A DNA stretch of 64,000 nt from the human T2T-CHM13v2.0 reference genome, Homo sapiens (GCF_009914755.1 NC_060925.1), one strand, 5' to 3'; shown: positions 12,495 to 29,066, counted from the first letter of the stretch. The notes: generated from the letters alone by a model not told the origin. Numbers and translations: made by a program.

Positions 12495-13130
12495 AACGCT
12501 GTCTGCCAGGCACTTCCACGTGCTGTCTCAATCACAGATCTCAAAGTTCCTGAAGAGTGACTATTGATATTGCCATCCTATAGATGAAGAAATGTATTTT
12601 CCCAGGAGCTAAGAGAGGATGTTCCTCATGCCAGCTACTTTATGTGTCTTATCTCTGTTAATTATCACTCCCCTCCTTGAAGGGTTTTACAAATGGGAAA
12701 ATGGAATAACTTGGGAGTTGAAAAACTTGATTAGGGTCAAAGAACTGGACAATGGCAGTGCTTGGCTGCACACATCTGCACTTCACCACTGCGTGGCCCT
12801 CTTCACATCCTTAGGAATGCAAGACAGAGGCCAGTGGAGGGAAAACCTGGCCTATCTCATGGTCTACCAAGTATCAGCCATGACTTGTAGCCACAAGGTG
12901 ATTGCTCAAATCCAGCCTTCTATCATTGGCTTCCCAGAGGCTTAGCTGCAGGGAGGAAGCTAAATTTAAATTCTGCTTCTAGAATTTTCTGTCTCTGAGG
13001 CTTTTGGCAAGTCTCTTAAGCTCCTTGAGCTTTAGTCTTCTCAAGGGAGTAGCTTGCAGACTGTAGTGAGAATTAAGAGGAAGGATAGGTAAAGTATGCC
13101 CTGAACCAGGAGTTCATTTTATTCTTATAG
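12495..13130. mobile_element. Cluster of degenerate MIR fragments, both orientations
   Basis: cctatagatgaagaaatg; ttttacaaatgggaaaatgga...cttgattagggtcaaagaact (minus); ttggcaagtctcttaagctccttgagctttagt...gtgagaattaa (plus). Confidence 0.5.
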
Positions 13131-13131
13131 C

Positions 13132-13603
13132 TATTACGTGCTGAATTTCATTGCCCCCAATTCATATGATGAAGTCCTAAACCCCAGTACCTGGGAATGT
13201 GTCTGTATTTGGGGACAGGGTCTTTGAAGAGGTAATTAAGCTAAAATGAGGTTATTTAGGGTGGGCCTGTTATGTTCTGGATGTTTCTGTCCCCCCAAAA
13301 TTTACATGTTGAAACTGAATTCCTGATGTGGATAGTATTAAAAGGTGGGAACTTTGGGACGTGATTAGGTATGAGGGCTCTGCTCTCATGAATTGGATTA
13401 GTGCCCTTTAAAAGAGGTTCCAGGGAGCCTGTTTTCCCCTTCCACCATGTGTGGAAACAGCAAGAAGAAGGTGCTATCTATAAAGCAGAGAGTGAGCCTG
13501 CACCAAACACCACACCTGCTGGTGCCTTGAACTTGGACTTCCCAGCCTCTAAAACTGTAAGAAATAAATTTCTGTTGTTTATAAGCTGGCCAGTTTATGG
13601 TTT

Positions 13604-13635
<32 letters not shown>

Positions 13636-13904
13636 ATAGCAGCTCTATAAGGGCTTAACCCAATATGATTGGGATCCTTATATGAAGAGAGATTAGGACA
13701 CAGACACACACAGAAAGAATTCCAGGTGAGGACACATGGAGAAGGAGTCATCAGCAAGTCAAAGGAAAAGGCCTCAGGAGAAACCAATACTGCTGACACC
13801 TTGCTCTCACAATTCTAGCCTCCAGAATTGTGAGAAAATAAATTTGCTTTTAAAGCCATTCTGTCACTAGTACTTTATTATGGCAACCTGATCAAACTAA
13901 TACA
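13132..13904 (+). mobile_element. MLT1B-like ERVL-MaLR solo LTR, interrupted at 13268-13650
   Basis: 5' 'ctgaatt...caattcatatgatgaagtcctaaaccccagtacc...gaggtaattaagctaaaatgagg'; 3' 'gattaggacacagacacacacag...aaactaataca'. Confidence 0.8.
13268..13650 (+). mobile_element. MLT1A/MLT1A0-like ERVL-MaLR solo LTR nested in the MLT1B LTR
   Basis: tgttatgttctggatgtttctgtccccccaaaattt...ccttgaacttggacttcccagcctctaaaactgtaagaaataaattt; 5-bp target-site duplication (TSD) gggcc/gggct; (TTG)n at ~13604-13636. Confidence 0.8.
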
Positions 13905-14064
13905 AGTAGCAAAACAGAACTGGAGAAGTCACCCAGTTTCCCCAATATCTTTTCAGTTTTCACCTTTGTATGTAGACAGCCTGCAGAAAGCTTATGTCTC
14001 ATGGCCATGTCTATGGCAGCTCCCCTATAGTGGTCCCAGTTATTTTCCAGTATGCCCCCCTTTT

Positions 14065-14175
14065 TGGTTGACTGTCTTTTCCACCAGAATATAGGTTCCA
14101 TAAAGATGGGTTTTGTTGATATCTCCAGAGCTACTCAAGTGCCTGACCATGGCAAGCATTTACCAAATGGATGCA
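14065..14175 (+). mobile_element. L2 3'-end fragment
   Basis: gtcttttccaccagaatataggttccataaag...aagtgcctgaccatggcaagcatttacc resembles the L2 3' terminus. Confidence 0.5.
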
Positions 14176-14682
14176 CAAGTTAATTAGTTGGTAATTAACC
14201 TCTTCAAAGTATTCAGAGAAAGAAGTGGAAAACACAGTCCCACCTCTCAGAGATGGTTTTGAGGATTAGGCTTCTACTAGTAAGTCAGTTTCTGATTTCT
14301 AGAAGTGAAGTACCCATCTCTGCAATATTTTGTGGAAAGTCTGAAAAAAAGAGCTGTCCTCTCTGCAAAGCATGTCATCTTTTCACACACATCTGTGTGC
14401 TCTGGACTTTTTGTTTCAATTTTTCTCCCTCTAAAAGTGACCCATGTAAGTCCATGGTGTTACTGTGCATGTCATTTTCACACCATCCTCCCCATGTGAG
14501 AGTCCAAAAGCTGCCTTAGTTGTCTTCTGAAGATTGATGATCAACATTCATTGAGAATGAAAATCGAGGAAGAACAATGCCCATGCAATCCTCTTTTAAT
14601 TATCAATTTCTCCTTCTTTGAATAAATATATAGGAGGTTGTCCATAAGAGTGTGAGAAATTATATTTCAAAATAGATTATAA

Positions 14683-14997
<315 letters not shown>

Positions 14998-17049
14998 GAC
15001 ATTTCTCCCTCTTTTAAGAAAAATATAGAAAATTGTCCATAAGAATACAAGAAATATGTTAAAATGTATTATGAGGTCATATAAGTAGTGGCAGAGAGGA
15101 GATTGGTCTTCTTAATTATAGGGTGATACATATTTCTGAGCTGTTAGGAGTCTCAATTTTAGGGTTATAGCAGTTTCTGGGATACATGATTAAACAGAGA
15201 AAAAAACACTCCCTTCTCACTCTGTTGGCATAATCCTTCACCACTGATGGTGGTCTGCGTTGGCCATGGGGAATTATGCCCCTACCTGTCTCCTGCCTAG
15301 ATTCTGAGACTCTTCAGAGAAGGAGCCAGGTTTACTCACCTTTAGAAACCTACTACCTACCTTAGCACTCAGCACTTGGGAGGGTTCATACATTGATTGC
15401 TGAATTGAAATGAGACAAAGGTGAAAGGTGCCCAGATAGAGGAAATTTTCTGGGGCTCTTTCTAAGGGAAGGAGTGAAGAGGAGACCTAAACATACTGCC
15501 AAGTGGAAAGTAGACAAAAGGGGCCCTGCCCAGGTTCCAGTCAGTGGTCAGCGATTGAATTGGCTCACATGGTGTAATCTGAGGACTCCTTTACCTTATA
15601 CTTTATTTTGCTTTAGTGGAATTTCACAGCTCATACTTTAAGGTACGTGTGTGGAAAGCTTCATAGATGTCAGACTTCATTTGCTGTGTGCTTTGGCTCC
15701 CAGGTAAAAAGAAAAATATGAAGAGAACTAAGAGAATGACAACTTTATTAGCCACAGTGATAAATGAATCTTTCCTTATAGTGCCATATCCCCTCCCCCA
15801 AGGTGCCATGGCTATAGTATAATAAAAATACATGATACGAATACCAAAATAAAAATTTAATAAGGCCACAGTAATAAAATGGCAAAGATGCATGAAATGG
15901 TGCAGGAGTGGACAGGATTGTTTATAAATATGAGTAAAAATGGTTGTGGTGAATAGTTTTTTCCCTGTGTGTGTGTACATGCATGAACATGCGTGACTAT
16001 GGATGTGTGTGGAATGGGAGAGCATGGAGTGGGGAGGGTGTTGGGAGGGTCTTACGAGTGCTCAGATTTTCAGGTCTTTTAAAGATGGTAATTGAGGAAC
16101 TAAAGGAGAATACCAACAGGTCACAGAGATAAGATGCCTCACCTCTGATAGAGGCTAAACCATAGCTACCTGAGTCTGCTTGCACCTGGGGCCACATAAC
16201 CTATTTGAAAGGCTCTTACTTTCCTTTCCTGACAAGATACATTTCTGACCTTTCTTCCGTTAAAAACTCTTCTCTGTTCACCACTGTGGTTTCCAGATGG
16301 AAGTGGGTAGAAATGGTAGCGGGAGTCCATGGGAATATAAGTTGTTGTTCCAACCTTTCAGAAAAGATGAAAATATTTATTAAGAGTCTCAAAAATGTAC
16401 ACATTGTTCATTTCAGCCATTTTCCTACTAACCTAGGAAAACAATCCAAATATAAACCAATAATTTTGTACAAGATTTTCACCCAAAAATCACTTATTAA
16501 ATAAGAAAATTATCAGCAACCTAAAGTTCAAATAAGGGAATAATAATTACAGTCAACCACTGTATAAAATACTGTGGGTCCTCCAAAAGGATACTCACAA
16601 AAATTTCACACTAAAAAAATGTGAACTTCCTAGGAGATATTGTGATTTAAGAAGGATGATTTTTTTAAACTCCTTATTATACAATGACAAGTATGGAAAA
16701 AAGCAAAGAAAAAAATCGAAAAGGAAATAATCAAAATGTGGGCAGCAGTGGCCTCTGATTGATGAGGGTGCTAGGATTTTTTTCTGCTTTTTCAAATTTT
16801 ATTGGACAGTTCTATTTTTCTACAATGGGCTTTTGTTATTTTGTAATCTGACAAAAAAAAATACAGATAAAATGGAGTAAGTACTCATGGGCAGCTGGTT
16901 GTTAGAAGGAGCTTCTCTTAGCCTTTATTCAGGGCCCTGGAGTTGTGTGGTTCTTGTTGGAGCCCTGCCAATGGTGGGGCTATCCAGGCCATGGCAGACG
17001 TTGTTTCTGCCCTTGTCTCCAGTGCCTTTAAAAAATCTGAAAGGTACAC

Positions 17050-17765
17050 ACAACAGAAATTGTGCAGCTCAATAAACTCACACAAAGCAAGCAGCAATGT
17101 AGCCTGATTCAGGTCAAAAAAAAGAACACTATAGCAGCCCAGCACCCTCATGCCCTTTCTGAATCACACTGTATCCCCCTCCAGAGCTAACCACTCTCAT
17201 GATTTTCAGCACTATTTTAAAATTTCCTATTTGTTAAACTGTGTGATAGAATCATCCATTTTTACTCTTCTGTGTCTGACTTCTTTTGCTCAACATTATG
17301 CTTATGAGATTTCTTCGTGTCGTTGCATGTTAGCTGCAGTTTGTTCTGTTTCACTGCTGGAGTATGAATGGAGATTGTGGTATGACTACTTGTCGATTCT
17401 ATTGCTATTCACCTAGCCTACTGTTGATGGACATTTTGGTTATTTCCAGTTTGGGGCTATGATAAATATTATGCTATTATGAACATTTTGTGCAGTCTCT
17501 TGCTGTACCTATGCATGCATTTCTGTGGGTTTATAACTAGGGAGTGGAAATGCCAGGTCAGAGGCTATGCATGAATTCAACTACTATAGGAATGACAATT
17601 TGTTTTCCAAAGTTGTAACAATTTACACTCCCACACACAGTAGATAGGGATGCCTAATGTTCCACATCCTCATGAACATTTAGTATTATCTCTCTTTAAT
17701 TTTAGTCATTCCAGAGGGTGATTAGTAGTATAATATTGTACATTTCAGTTGCATTTCATTGATTG
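17050..17765 (-). mobile_element. Ancient L1 (L1ME-like) 3' end
   Basis: gttgatggacattttggttatttccagtttggggctatgataaat; aatttacactcccac; ttttagtcattccagagggtg. Confidence 0.75.
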
Positions 17766-17889
17766 CCAGTGAGGTTGAGCTGATAAACTCCTGGAAAAAC
17801 TAATGAAGGCAAAAAAAGAGAAAAAGCACAAATAACTAATATCAGGAATGAAAAAGAGCCCTCACTACAGATACCTAAGAAATCAAACA

Positions 17890-19278
17890 GACTGTGTCTG
17901 TCAATACCAAGAGATTTACGGAAATTTTCTCTCTGCTTTTCAGGAATATTTGATTTAGTTCTTTTAGCCTCTTCCTTCATGATAGATTCAGAATTTGGCA
18001 AATTTTTGGATGGAAAAACTAAGTGTGTCTAATGTTTACACTCCAGGATCACAGGATTTCCAAAAGCTCTTACAGTTTCTCTTCTCCTCCCTGCTCCCAC
18101 CCTTTGCCCACCCTCAGTGGCCTTGCCAAGGGAAAGCACTGATTCGCAGCCTCTAGCTTAGGCACAGAATCAACCAGTGCCCCAAAGAGAAAAGACAGTG
18201 GCTTATCTTTAGCTCACTTCTGAAAGTTTCTCCTCTTTCTGGAATTTCAGTGGCTTTGGACTTCCCTGCTTTCAAAGCTCTCTTAAAAATATGATTTATT
18301 CTCAGCAAGAACATTGGCCTGCCGCTAATTGCTCTGTCTACCTAGAGGTGGTCTGATTGAGTACTTCTCTTTTTTGTTATTTCAATTTTCCCCTCCATTA
18401 GTATTCTTTCTGTGATTATGTACAGATTATAGCAGGCATCCTTGACTTATGAAAATTTAAAGTTAAATGGCACTTATACCCTATTTGTGGACATTGCAAA
18501 AATACCCATGAATATTTGACTTTATTAAATGAACAATTTTAATTTAAAACAATTTAATTTCTCTTCTCCTTTCCTGACTTCTTGGCTACTGTTTCCATGT
18601 TCTTTGCTACTCTTTCCATGTTTTATTTTCCTATGTATTTGAAATGCCAATAATATCTTTATTATCATTACTATTTTATGCAATTAATATTCATTTAGAT
18701 TTGTCTACATGCTTATGATTTTCACTATTCTCCTTCTTTTTTCCATTATCTCTGGCCTTCTGCCTGGGATCACTTTCTTTTGTCTTACAGAATGCCACTG
18801 AACAATTCCTTTGGTGCAGGGCTGGTGATGAATTCCGGGACATTGTTTGTCTGAAAATGCTTTTAATTTAGCTTCATTCTTGAAGGATACTTTCTCTGGG
18901 TACACAATTCTAAATAGTCAATTTATTTTTTTCTGCATTTTAAAAGATATCACAATGTCTTCTGGACCTCATTGTTTCATTGGGAAATCAGCTATAAGCA
19001 TTATTGGTGCCCTTCTGAAGGCAATATATATTTTTTTGCACTTCCGGCTGCTTTTAACATGTACTTTTTTCCCTCTGATTTTCAATTCTCTTTTCAATTT
19101 CTATTTATAGGGTTTTTTTCATTTATCCTGTTTGGTGTTCTATAGGCTTCTTAAAATAGTGACTTTTTGTCTTTAATCAGTCATTAATGTCATTAATTTT
19201 TTCAAATACTGCTTTTGCACTATTTCCTGTCTATTCTACTTTTGAAAATCTATTATGATTTTCTCTGTCCTCTATGTT
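17890..19278 (-). mobile_element. Ancient L1 5'UTR/ORF1 remnants; continue at ~23468-23780 after the hAT insertion
   Basis: ORF track 18705..18905 (-) 'MYPEKVSFKNEAKLKAFSDKQ' matches the L1 ORF1p C-terminal motif YPAKLSFKNEGEIKTFSDKQ. Confidence 0.7.
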
Positions 19279-20202
19279 TTCTGTGACTCTTATGTCCTGG
19301 TTTTCCCAGAATAGCCATGGCTTATGCCTATTGACATTGTGTATCACTCTATTTAGCATATGTTTATATTCAATAAAGTATTTTTATAAATAATTACATT
19401 AAAATGAGCCAGGATGATTTAGAAGGTCTCCATATGTCAGCCGCCATGAACATTGATAATATGAGAGATTGATGTGAAATTATCAGAATTTTCACTCTAC
19501 TAGGTCAAATCTGAAATAAGAATAACTACAAGCCATCTATTTTTTTGAACCTTTCCAGATATGATTCAATAAACTCCTTCCTTTTAAAGACAATATGCAA
19601 GGAGCTTTTGGTGGGGAAAAAATGTGCTCTGTACCAATGAGGTAGAGACAGCTAACTTCTTTTGGTCTCTAACAGTGATGGCAGAAGTATTTGATATTGC
19701 AATCCTAGTTGATTACTTGGTCATCAACCAAGTGGGCTTTTCCCCATGCTGTGGCCTGTGCAGGGTGTAAAGCTGCCAGGTTCCAGCCAACGGAGTCAAT
19801 GGGAATGTGGAAAATTATAGATTAAACACATATGATCTATATGTAGGAAATAGAGACTGAACAGGCCTTTAGTAAAGCAAAACATCATAGTCTGAATGCT
19901 CTTGCCACTGTGGTTTTGTTGTTATTGCATGGAGTAAGTTTAGAACTCTTCATTTTATTATTTGGTGGTGCATTTTAATGTTACAATGACACTTTAATCA
20001 GAAATGAGCTAAAACAATAGGAAGTATATGTTTAATCAAAAAATTAAGTAATAAATTTCCATTTCTCAAGACAGTTGATGATCAATATGTAAGTTATACA
20101 AAATGCTTGTCAACATTTAACATCAACCATAAGGGCTGTATCACTGACCGCATGGAACCAAGAAGATCTAAGTCAGGTGAAAAGGCATCAGCATCTATTT
20201 CA

Positions 20203-20525
<323 letters not shown>

Positions 20526-20829
20526 TTAGTTCCTTTAAGGTTACTTGAAGAAAATTGTGTTTCAAAAATGACAATCTAATAAAGGCAGGAGCAAAAGGTT
20601 TGGTTACATATTACTTTATGAAGAAAGACTTTTATTTAGATCAAATAACTGGTGTTCTAAATTAATTTTACTTACAATTCCACGTTTTCTTGATCATATT
20701 TGAATAGTAAAATGATAGTGATTTGTGTTGTTCTGGCAGAAGAGAAATTTTGCAAACCGATAATAATACCAGCGTTATAATGGTGTCATCAGATTCTCCA
20801 AACAGAAAATAATTACAACAATGATGTAA

Positions 20830-21150
<321 letters not shown>

Positions 21151-21284
21151 GCAACGACGTAATTTTTCATACACTTTCAAAGTATAGCTTCTGGAAGTTC
21201 ACTCTGTCGATGAAACACTTGACATTATTGCAAATGCTATTGTAAATTCAGTATAAAGCCTCAATATTAAAAATAAAGGGATTT

Positions 21285-21665
<381 letters not shown>

Positions 21666-22952
21666 TTAGAGACAATTATGTTACCAATAAAGAAACTGGT
21701 AGAAATCATATTTGGCACTTGTTTTGGTTCACACATATTTTTTGATTATATGTATCCAAAAAGTCTATGATGCCTGTCAACGAAATAGAAGTGATAGTCA
21801 TAAAAATTTTTTTAAAAAGAGTATACAGTATAGAGTAATTGAACCACAAAATTTAATGTAGAAAGCTGATATGGATAACAAAATTCCTTCATCAGGGAAG
21901 TCTGAACATTATTGGCCAATATTAATCAGATATTAGAAATACATAAACCTTTGATAAATTAATTTGTAAATTAACCTAAGTGTTTAAAAATGGTAGTGGG
22001 TGAAGTCATTTGTAAATAAGTCCTCTAAATTTGGGGTGCTTTCTTCCCCCAAATCAATTGGAAATCTTTACTCCCAGGAATCAATGCATAGAGCATCAAA
22101 AAATGTGTTAGAACTTTTTACACGTCCAGAGAATTGTATTCATTCAAAATAAGATTTGCAAATAAGCAGATAATAAATTTACCTACGAAAATGAGGGAAG
22201 CCATAAATGAATTAAAAGAACAGTGTACAAGATTTAGTTTTTAAATTCTATAATTAAGCTTTGGAATATTTTAAGTATTTTGATGAAGTTCTTATTTTCA
22301 ACTCGATAAATTTTATTTTACTGGAATGAAATGAAATTGAGAAAGGCTATAATTTTTATAGCACGTAAATTTTCGCTAAACATTTAAAAATTATGACGGG
22401 ATAACGTACTTGACAAATTTGGTCTTGTAAAAATTTTGTCAAAGAAAGGCACTCTGAATAGAGGTAGAAAGACAGCACCTGTGTGAATGTTGAGTTTGAA
22501 ACATTTACATATTCAAGGCAAAAATGATTGCTAGTGAGGATATCCTTTCTTTAGCAGAATGTAGAGCTTACCAGGTACCTCAGCACCTGTAGGGAGAGTA
22601 CTTTCTTAATTAAAAACTTCATGGTCTACAGCAAAGTGTCAATTAAAGATGTCAATAACTTCAAATTAATTAACCTTCATATGCAACTTTGAAAATCACA
22701 GACAATTTTGTGAAAGAAATTTAAAATAGTAAGAGCACACAGAAGAAAACTCAAAAAAATCTTTTAGAAAAGTAACCGTAACAAAGTATTAGATGCAGAT
22801 ATGGTTAATAATCATAACCAACAATACCAATTAAAGTGTGTGAATATGTGTCACGAATAATTCTTTTGCTTGTATTATCTTTAGCGTTCAAATCAGTATA
22901 AAGAAGTTATTCTTGAATTTGCTTCAATGTACATGAATATATGCTGTTTTTA

Positions 22953-23286
<334 letters not shown>

Positions 23287-23490
23287 GCTATTTTTAATTT
23301 CTAGGAAGATTTTCTTGTAAAATAATTTTTAATATAGAACTACCCTATAGATCCAACAATATAAGAAACTAATTTTCAGTCAGTAAATCAATAATTTTAA
23401 TCATTTTAATTTACTCTCAAAATTGTATTGATTTAACTGTAAATTATATAAATTATATGGTCATGTATCCATATGTCTCTTCTGCATTTT

Positions 23491-23603
23491 AAAATTTCTT
23501 TTTTGAGAAAGGGTCTTGTATGTTGCCCAGGCTGGTCTTGAACTTCTAGGCTCAAGCAAGCCTCCCCATGTAGTTGGGATCAAAGGGACATACCACCATG
23601 GCT
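23491..23603 (-). mobile_element. FLAM-type Alu monomer
   Basis: Single left-arm Alu flanked by a 13-bp TSD tcttctgcatttt (23478-23490 and 23604-23616). Confidence 0.8.
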
Positions 23604-25369
23604 TCTTCTGCATTTTCTCTCCTCAGTCTCTGGTGTCCTGAGCTCTATACCAATTCTTACCCTCTCTCCCCATGAACAAATTGCTTTACAGAACGTTTCA
23701 GGTATCAACTCATTCATACAATTTTGTATTATAGAATATACAGCTTTATGCAATTTTTTCAACTTTCTGAGTGTGTGAATTCAATATATTCCTCATTCAT
23801 TCACTCATTCATCACTTTCCTACGTTCCAGATGCTGAGGGTGCTGAGAAACATGAGACAAGGCCTCTGCCCTTGAGAAACTCAATCAGTAGGCATGTTTG
23901 GGGGAGGCGAAGGCACCCTTCCATTGTTCTCAAATCTGAGGTCCTCTTTCTACAGGTCAGGTGGCCCTGCAGACTGTAAGACAAGTGAAGCCCGATGACG
24001 ACAAAGTGCATTCCCTGGATCACCTGCCTACCAAAAAGAAAAGAAAAATAAAACAATTACAGGCAGACCCTCATCCACACATTTAGTTCTCCAGGATCAC
24101 TGAGGTGGTGGAGTTGCAAAATCTCACAGGCCCAGGGCCCACAGGCCTGGGATGGGTGTTGCTCCATGGGTAGGTGCTTCCTCCTCTGCCAACCTCACCC
24201 CAGCCAGCTGCTACTGCTGCCTCTCCACCCACCCCTGGGTGCTGCAGCCAGCAAGGTCCTTGTCCCTCACTGCCTAAATGCTGTGCTTACCCTTTTGGAT
24301 AGCAGCACAGAATTATCTCTGGATACCAAGAAGCCAAAGTCAAGGTCATTCTATCTACCTGTGCCCTGGGCTTGGGTTATTTCTTGCAAGTCTGGAGTTA
24401 TAATTTCCACAGTACAGGGTCATGCGGCAGACAGACAGTACACACTCCATTCCCAGAAAATGCCCTTCCTCACTCTTACCATCGTAACCACACAGCTTCT
24501 GTGCCCCCCAACCCAGCCCATCCCACCAGACTGAAACTCCTCAGACTGCCTCTCTCTGCTACACTCAGCTTCTTCCTAGGACAAGTCTCTTTTCTTCCTT
24601 TACCAACAGCCTGGGTTGTTTCACAAACTCTCTTTGGTTCCTGTGTCTCCCCCGCCCCCACACCCTGCTCTCCTTTTTTAAAGTCTGCTGTTCTGCATTG
24701 TTTAATAAAGATGCCAGTCAATATCATAATGGGAAGCATATAAAAAAACCCCACAGTGCTAGCTACTAAAAAATGTAAATTAAATGCATAAAAGTCTGTG
24801 TTAGGAATTTTTAAAGAAAACAGAAGAAAGAAAAGGAAATAGTAGAGAATGAAGGCCAAACAGACCTAATGCTGACAATGAAGAACATTCTATACAAAAA
24901 TGTAGTAGAAAGGTAGGACTGATGGAAGAGGAGAATGTGCCTGTCATTTCTCAGCTGGGGAAATGATGCTTTGCGGCACCTCGCCTGGTCTCTGCCTACC
25001 CTCGCCTGGGAGAAAAGACTGGTAGAGAACACGTTTGAGATACACATTTTCCAAAGGTAGGTGAGGCCTGGCGTGAGTTGTGTAACTCCCTGGGCATCAA
25101 AGTAACCTGGAGCCCCGGGGCAGAAGCCACTGTCCTAATGGGCTAATTCTTCCATCAGTGCAGTTCGCAGGATGCTGTGCCAAGTGCACTGAATCAGCAA
25201 TGCCAAGTTCAAGCCCCAAGTCAGCTCCAAGGCTCCTCAGGGACCTTGGAATTGTGACCTGTTTTTAATCCTTTTTGCTTATTCACCTTTTGTGACTTCC
25301 GCACCATGGACATAACTTACCTGTAAAAATTTTTTGAAGTTATTTTTGAAGGAGAGACGTTCTTTGATT

Positions 25370-25640
25370 TTATTTATCATATACTTAAATACTACTAACC
25401 CTATGTCTGGCCATAGTCTAAGCACATTTCACACACAAACTCAAGCTTCACATTTCACACACAAAGTCAGTCTTCACTCTTAAGGAGCCATTATTTTTGC
25501 CCCCATTTTACAGAAGAGGAAAATGAAGCACAGGGAGATGAAATGATTTGCCCACGGTCACTCAGCTAGTAAGTCAGACTATGAATAGAGCTGTCTGGCT
25601 TCAGAGTCTTTGCTTCTAAACTGTAAGTCACGCTGCCTTC
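25370..25640 (-). mobile_element. MIR SINE
   Basis: ccccattttacagaagaggaaaatgaagcacagggagatgaaatgatttgcccacggtcactcagctagtaag. Contains a 26-bp internal duplication at 25423-25477. Confidence 0.8.
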
Positions 25641-26342
25641 CATGTGAAAAGACTGATAACACTGGCTAAAAGGTTAATGGAGTAAAAAGATTTTCAAGAG
25701 ATTGTAACAAATGAGTGAATTAGAGCCAAAGCAGAAAGAGCACGTGGAGCATTTTATATCACAGCACGCTGGTGAAAAGCAGTCTGGAATGGCACGGGGC
25801 ATCTGCCCGCTATCAGGTGTGGTCAGGAGAAGACACAGCAGCGCACAGGCTGTTGGGCACCAAGAGAGAAAACATTTGGTGCAAATTGGCAAAAGTGATG
25901 AACAGTAGAGAACATGGCCAGGTGAAATACTGTTTCCCAAAGAAAAGGACAATAGAAGGACCCCATCAGGATATGGGCCTCGAAACAGTTGGGGATGTGT
26001 CCTGTGAAGAGCTGGGAGGGCCGGTAATGAGAAAACAGGCTGGAGAAGAGGATAGAAAAGAAGAGAATATAATGAAGATTTAATTTTGGTGTTCATGAGG
26101 AATAAATGCAACCAAGTCTGAAAATGTGTGCTTTGATCTGGAAGTTGTTTATAATCTCGTTCAACTTCTGAGTATTGTCAGGATTCGACTCTATAAGGAT
26201 CATTGAGTTCACAGCAGCAAAGCCCTTCCAGCTACTGAAGTGACGAAACAGGAGAATATGACCTTCATTAACTCTTCCCAGGGAGAATGGTGCCTGGGCA
26301 CTCTTAATAGCACTGGGAAGGCCCGCCTGGTAAATGAATTAG

Positions 26343-26685
<343 letters not shown>

Positions 26686-28328
26686 CAGAACAAATTTCTT
26701 TTGCCATGGCTTCCACCAAACGTTTTTCATGGCCCCTGTATCCCTCCCTTTCCTCCCTAGTCTTAGGGTCACTACAGTAGATGAGTCATTAAATCTTTTC
26801 CAGTAGGAAGTTAAAGGAATAATCGATTCTTCATTTCCACTCATTAAGGCAATACTATGTTATATTATAAGGACTAAATGAGGACATTTGCAAGCCTGTT
26901 GGAATGCCTTCATCTCATGCTCCCTTTTTGGTTGTTAGCAGTTTTTCCTGGAGTTTTTGCTTCCCTTGTCCTTGCCAACTTCCATTTATTCCTTTTTATT
27001 CTTTGTCATGTTATAGCTGAGTTTGGGGACTTAGGTTATTCACATATATTTTTAAATCAATATATGGTTTTCTGCTCTAAACAATATCAAAAAATAGATT
27101 TATCTTTTGGCAAGAGAACAAAATGTGATTTAGTACTGGCGCTTGATAAACTACATACGTTTGGCCATAAAGGATAACATCTATGATGTTCTTGGCTAAT
27201 AATTTGTCTCAAGTGGAATTCACAGCTTTTGATAAATTAATAATCTTGTTTGACAGATTAATTATATTGCCACCCCTGAGCTCACAGAAAAACAGGTTTA
27301 TCCAAATGCTTCCAGTGTCCTTTGTGGTTCTTACAAACCAACAATTTCCTTCTTTCCTTTTTCTGGAAGAAAAAGCAAACTCTTGGGGAAGGCAATATAT
27401 ATCTCTGACCTTTGGATCCTAGCAGCCCTTACACTCAGGAGGAACTGAGTGGCAATGCAGGTGACAGACACAAGGCTGGGTTATAAGGATTAGCATCTCA
27501 GATTGTTGGGGAAATATCTGTGAATCTAATCCTTGGTTAGGAGACCACGGGTGCTCCCATGCCAAACCCTCAGAAGAAGAGGCAAAAAAATAAAGAGCAG
27601 AAGAAAACAGAGACAAGACCATCATAACTTTCAGACAAATGCTCTATGGCCTCCTGGGTTAGTTCAACATCGAAAGATGGTACTGGGAGGATGTCTGAAC
27701 CTTCACCATATTGGATAGCAAGAAAGCAAATGCATGCCCAAGCAGACAGTCCAGAGGCCTTCCACACTCCTCTATTGTCACAGAACTGCCGTAAGTGCCA
27801 CTACCATCCCCAAACCACTCACCGCCAAGTACCACCACAGTCTAGAAACCCAGAGGAATAAAACACATGAAAAGAGAGCTGCCAGCTTTGCTGGAAGACA
27901 TGCTTAACCTAGCTACGGGGGTTACGATGAGTATTCAAGAAATCCAGCATAGTTGGATTTAATTAATACCTCCATTTAACTCAATTTGAAAACATCTTAC
28001 TGGGCTCCAACTATATACCAGGCACTGAAGGTCTAGGGGAAGGAGATGAACTACGCAGGTGTTTGCCTCACATCCTCCACAAGTGTAGAGTCACTGCGGG
28101 GGTTTATACTCGCATGCTGTTTGTCTGCCCCCTCCCTTCCCCTTGAGGGAAGGCCACAGGATCCGGGCAGCCGCCTTCAGAGTCTTCCCTGAGGTTTCAG
28201 AAGGGCAAGGTCTCACATCCTTTTGAGTCCCAAGCAGTAATAATGTCGACCTGGAGCTGCCGGGAGACAGCTTTCAAGAGCAAGAGCATGAGAGAACAAG
28301 ACAGCGAGGAAGAGAGAAAGACTAGAAT

Positions 28329-28440
28329 CACACACACACACACACACACACAGAGAGAGAAAGACTAGGAATAGAGACACACACACATAGAGGGTGGGGA
28401 GGGTGGGGTGTGGAGAGAGAGAAAGAGAGAGGAGAAAGAA
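28329..28440. repeat. Compound (CA)n/(GA)n simple repeat
   Basis: CA run followed by GA-rich segments. Confidence 0.85.
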
Positions 28441-28678
28441 AGACTATTTGGGCCTCTGGATTAAGCTTTTCCAAGCCAGATACACATTCTGGATTTGCCA
28501 GTAACTTGAGCTGGTGTAACCTAAGTTTGTAAAAAAAACCACATACATAGTCCTGACTGCTGTAGTCACTGAGTTTCAAGAGACAGACAAGACCATTATG
28601 AACTCATGAGTGGAGCTCATGAGAAATACTCTGGGCTTTCCAGGGAAGAAAGGAGGAGCGTGAAGATTTCATTTGTAG

Positions 28679-29066
<388 letters not shown>

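Noticed and set aside
25674-26111. Purine-rich ORF cluster ending near an AATAAA, resembling a processed pseudogene
   Set aside because: No recognisable parent protein, poly(A) tail or TSD.
27635-27796. Possible exon ending at a gtaagt donor
   Set aside because: The upstream acceptor lacks a polypyrimidine tract and the peptide is unrecognisable.
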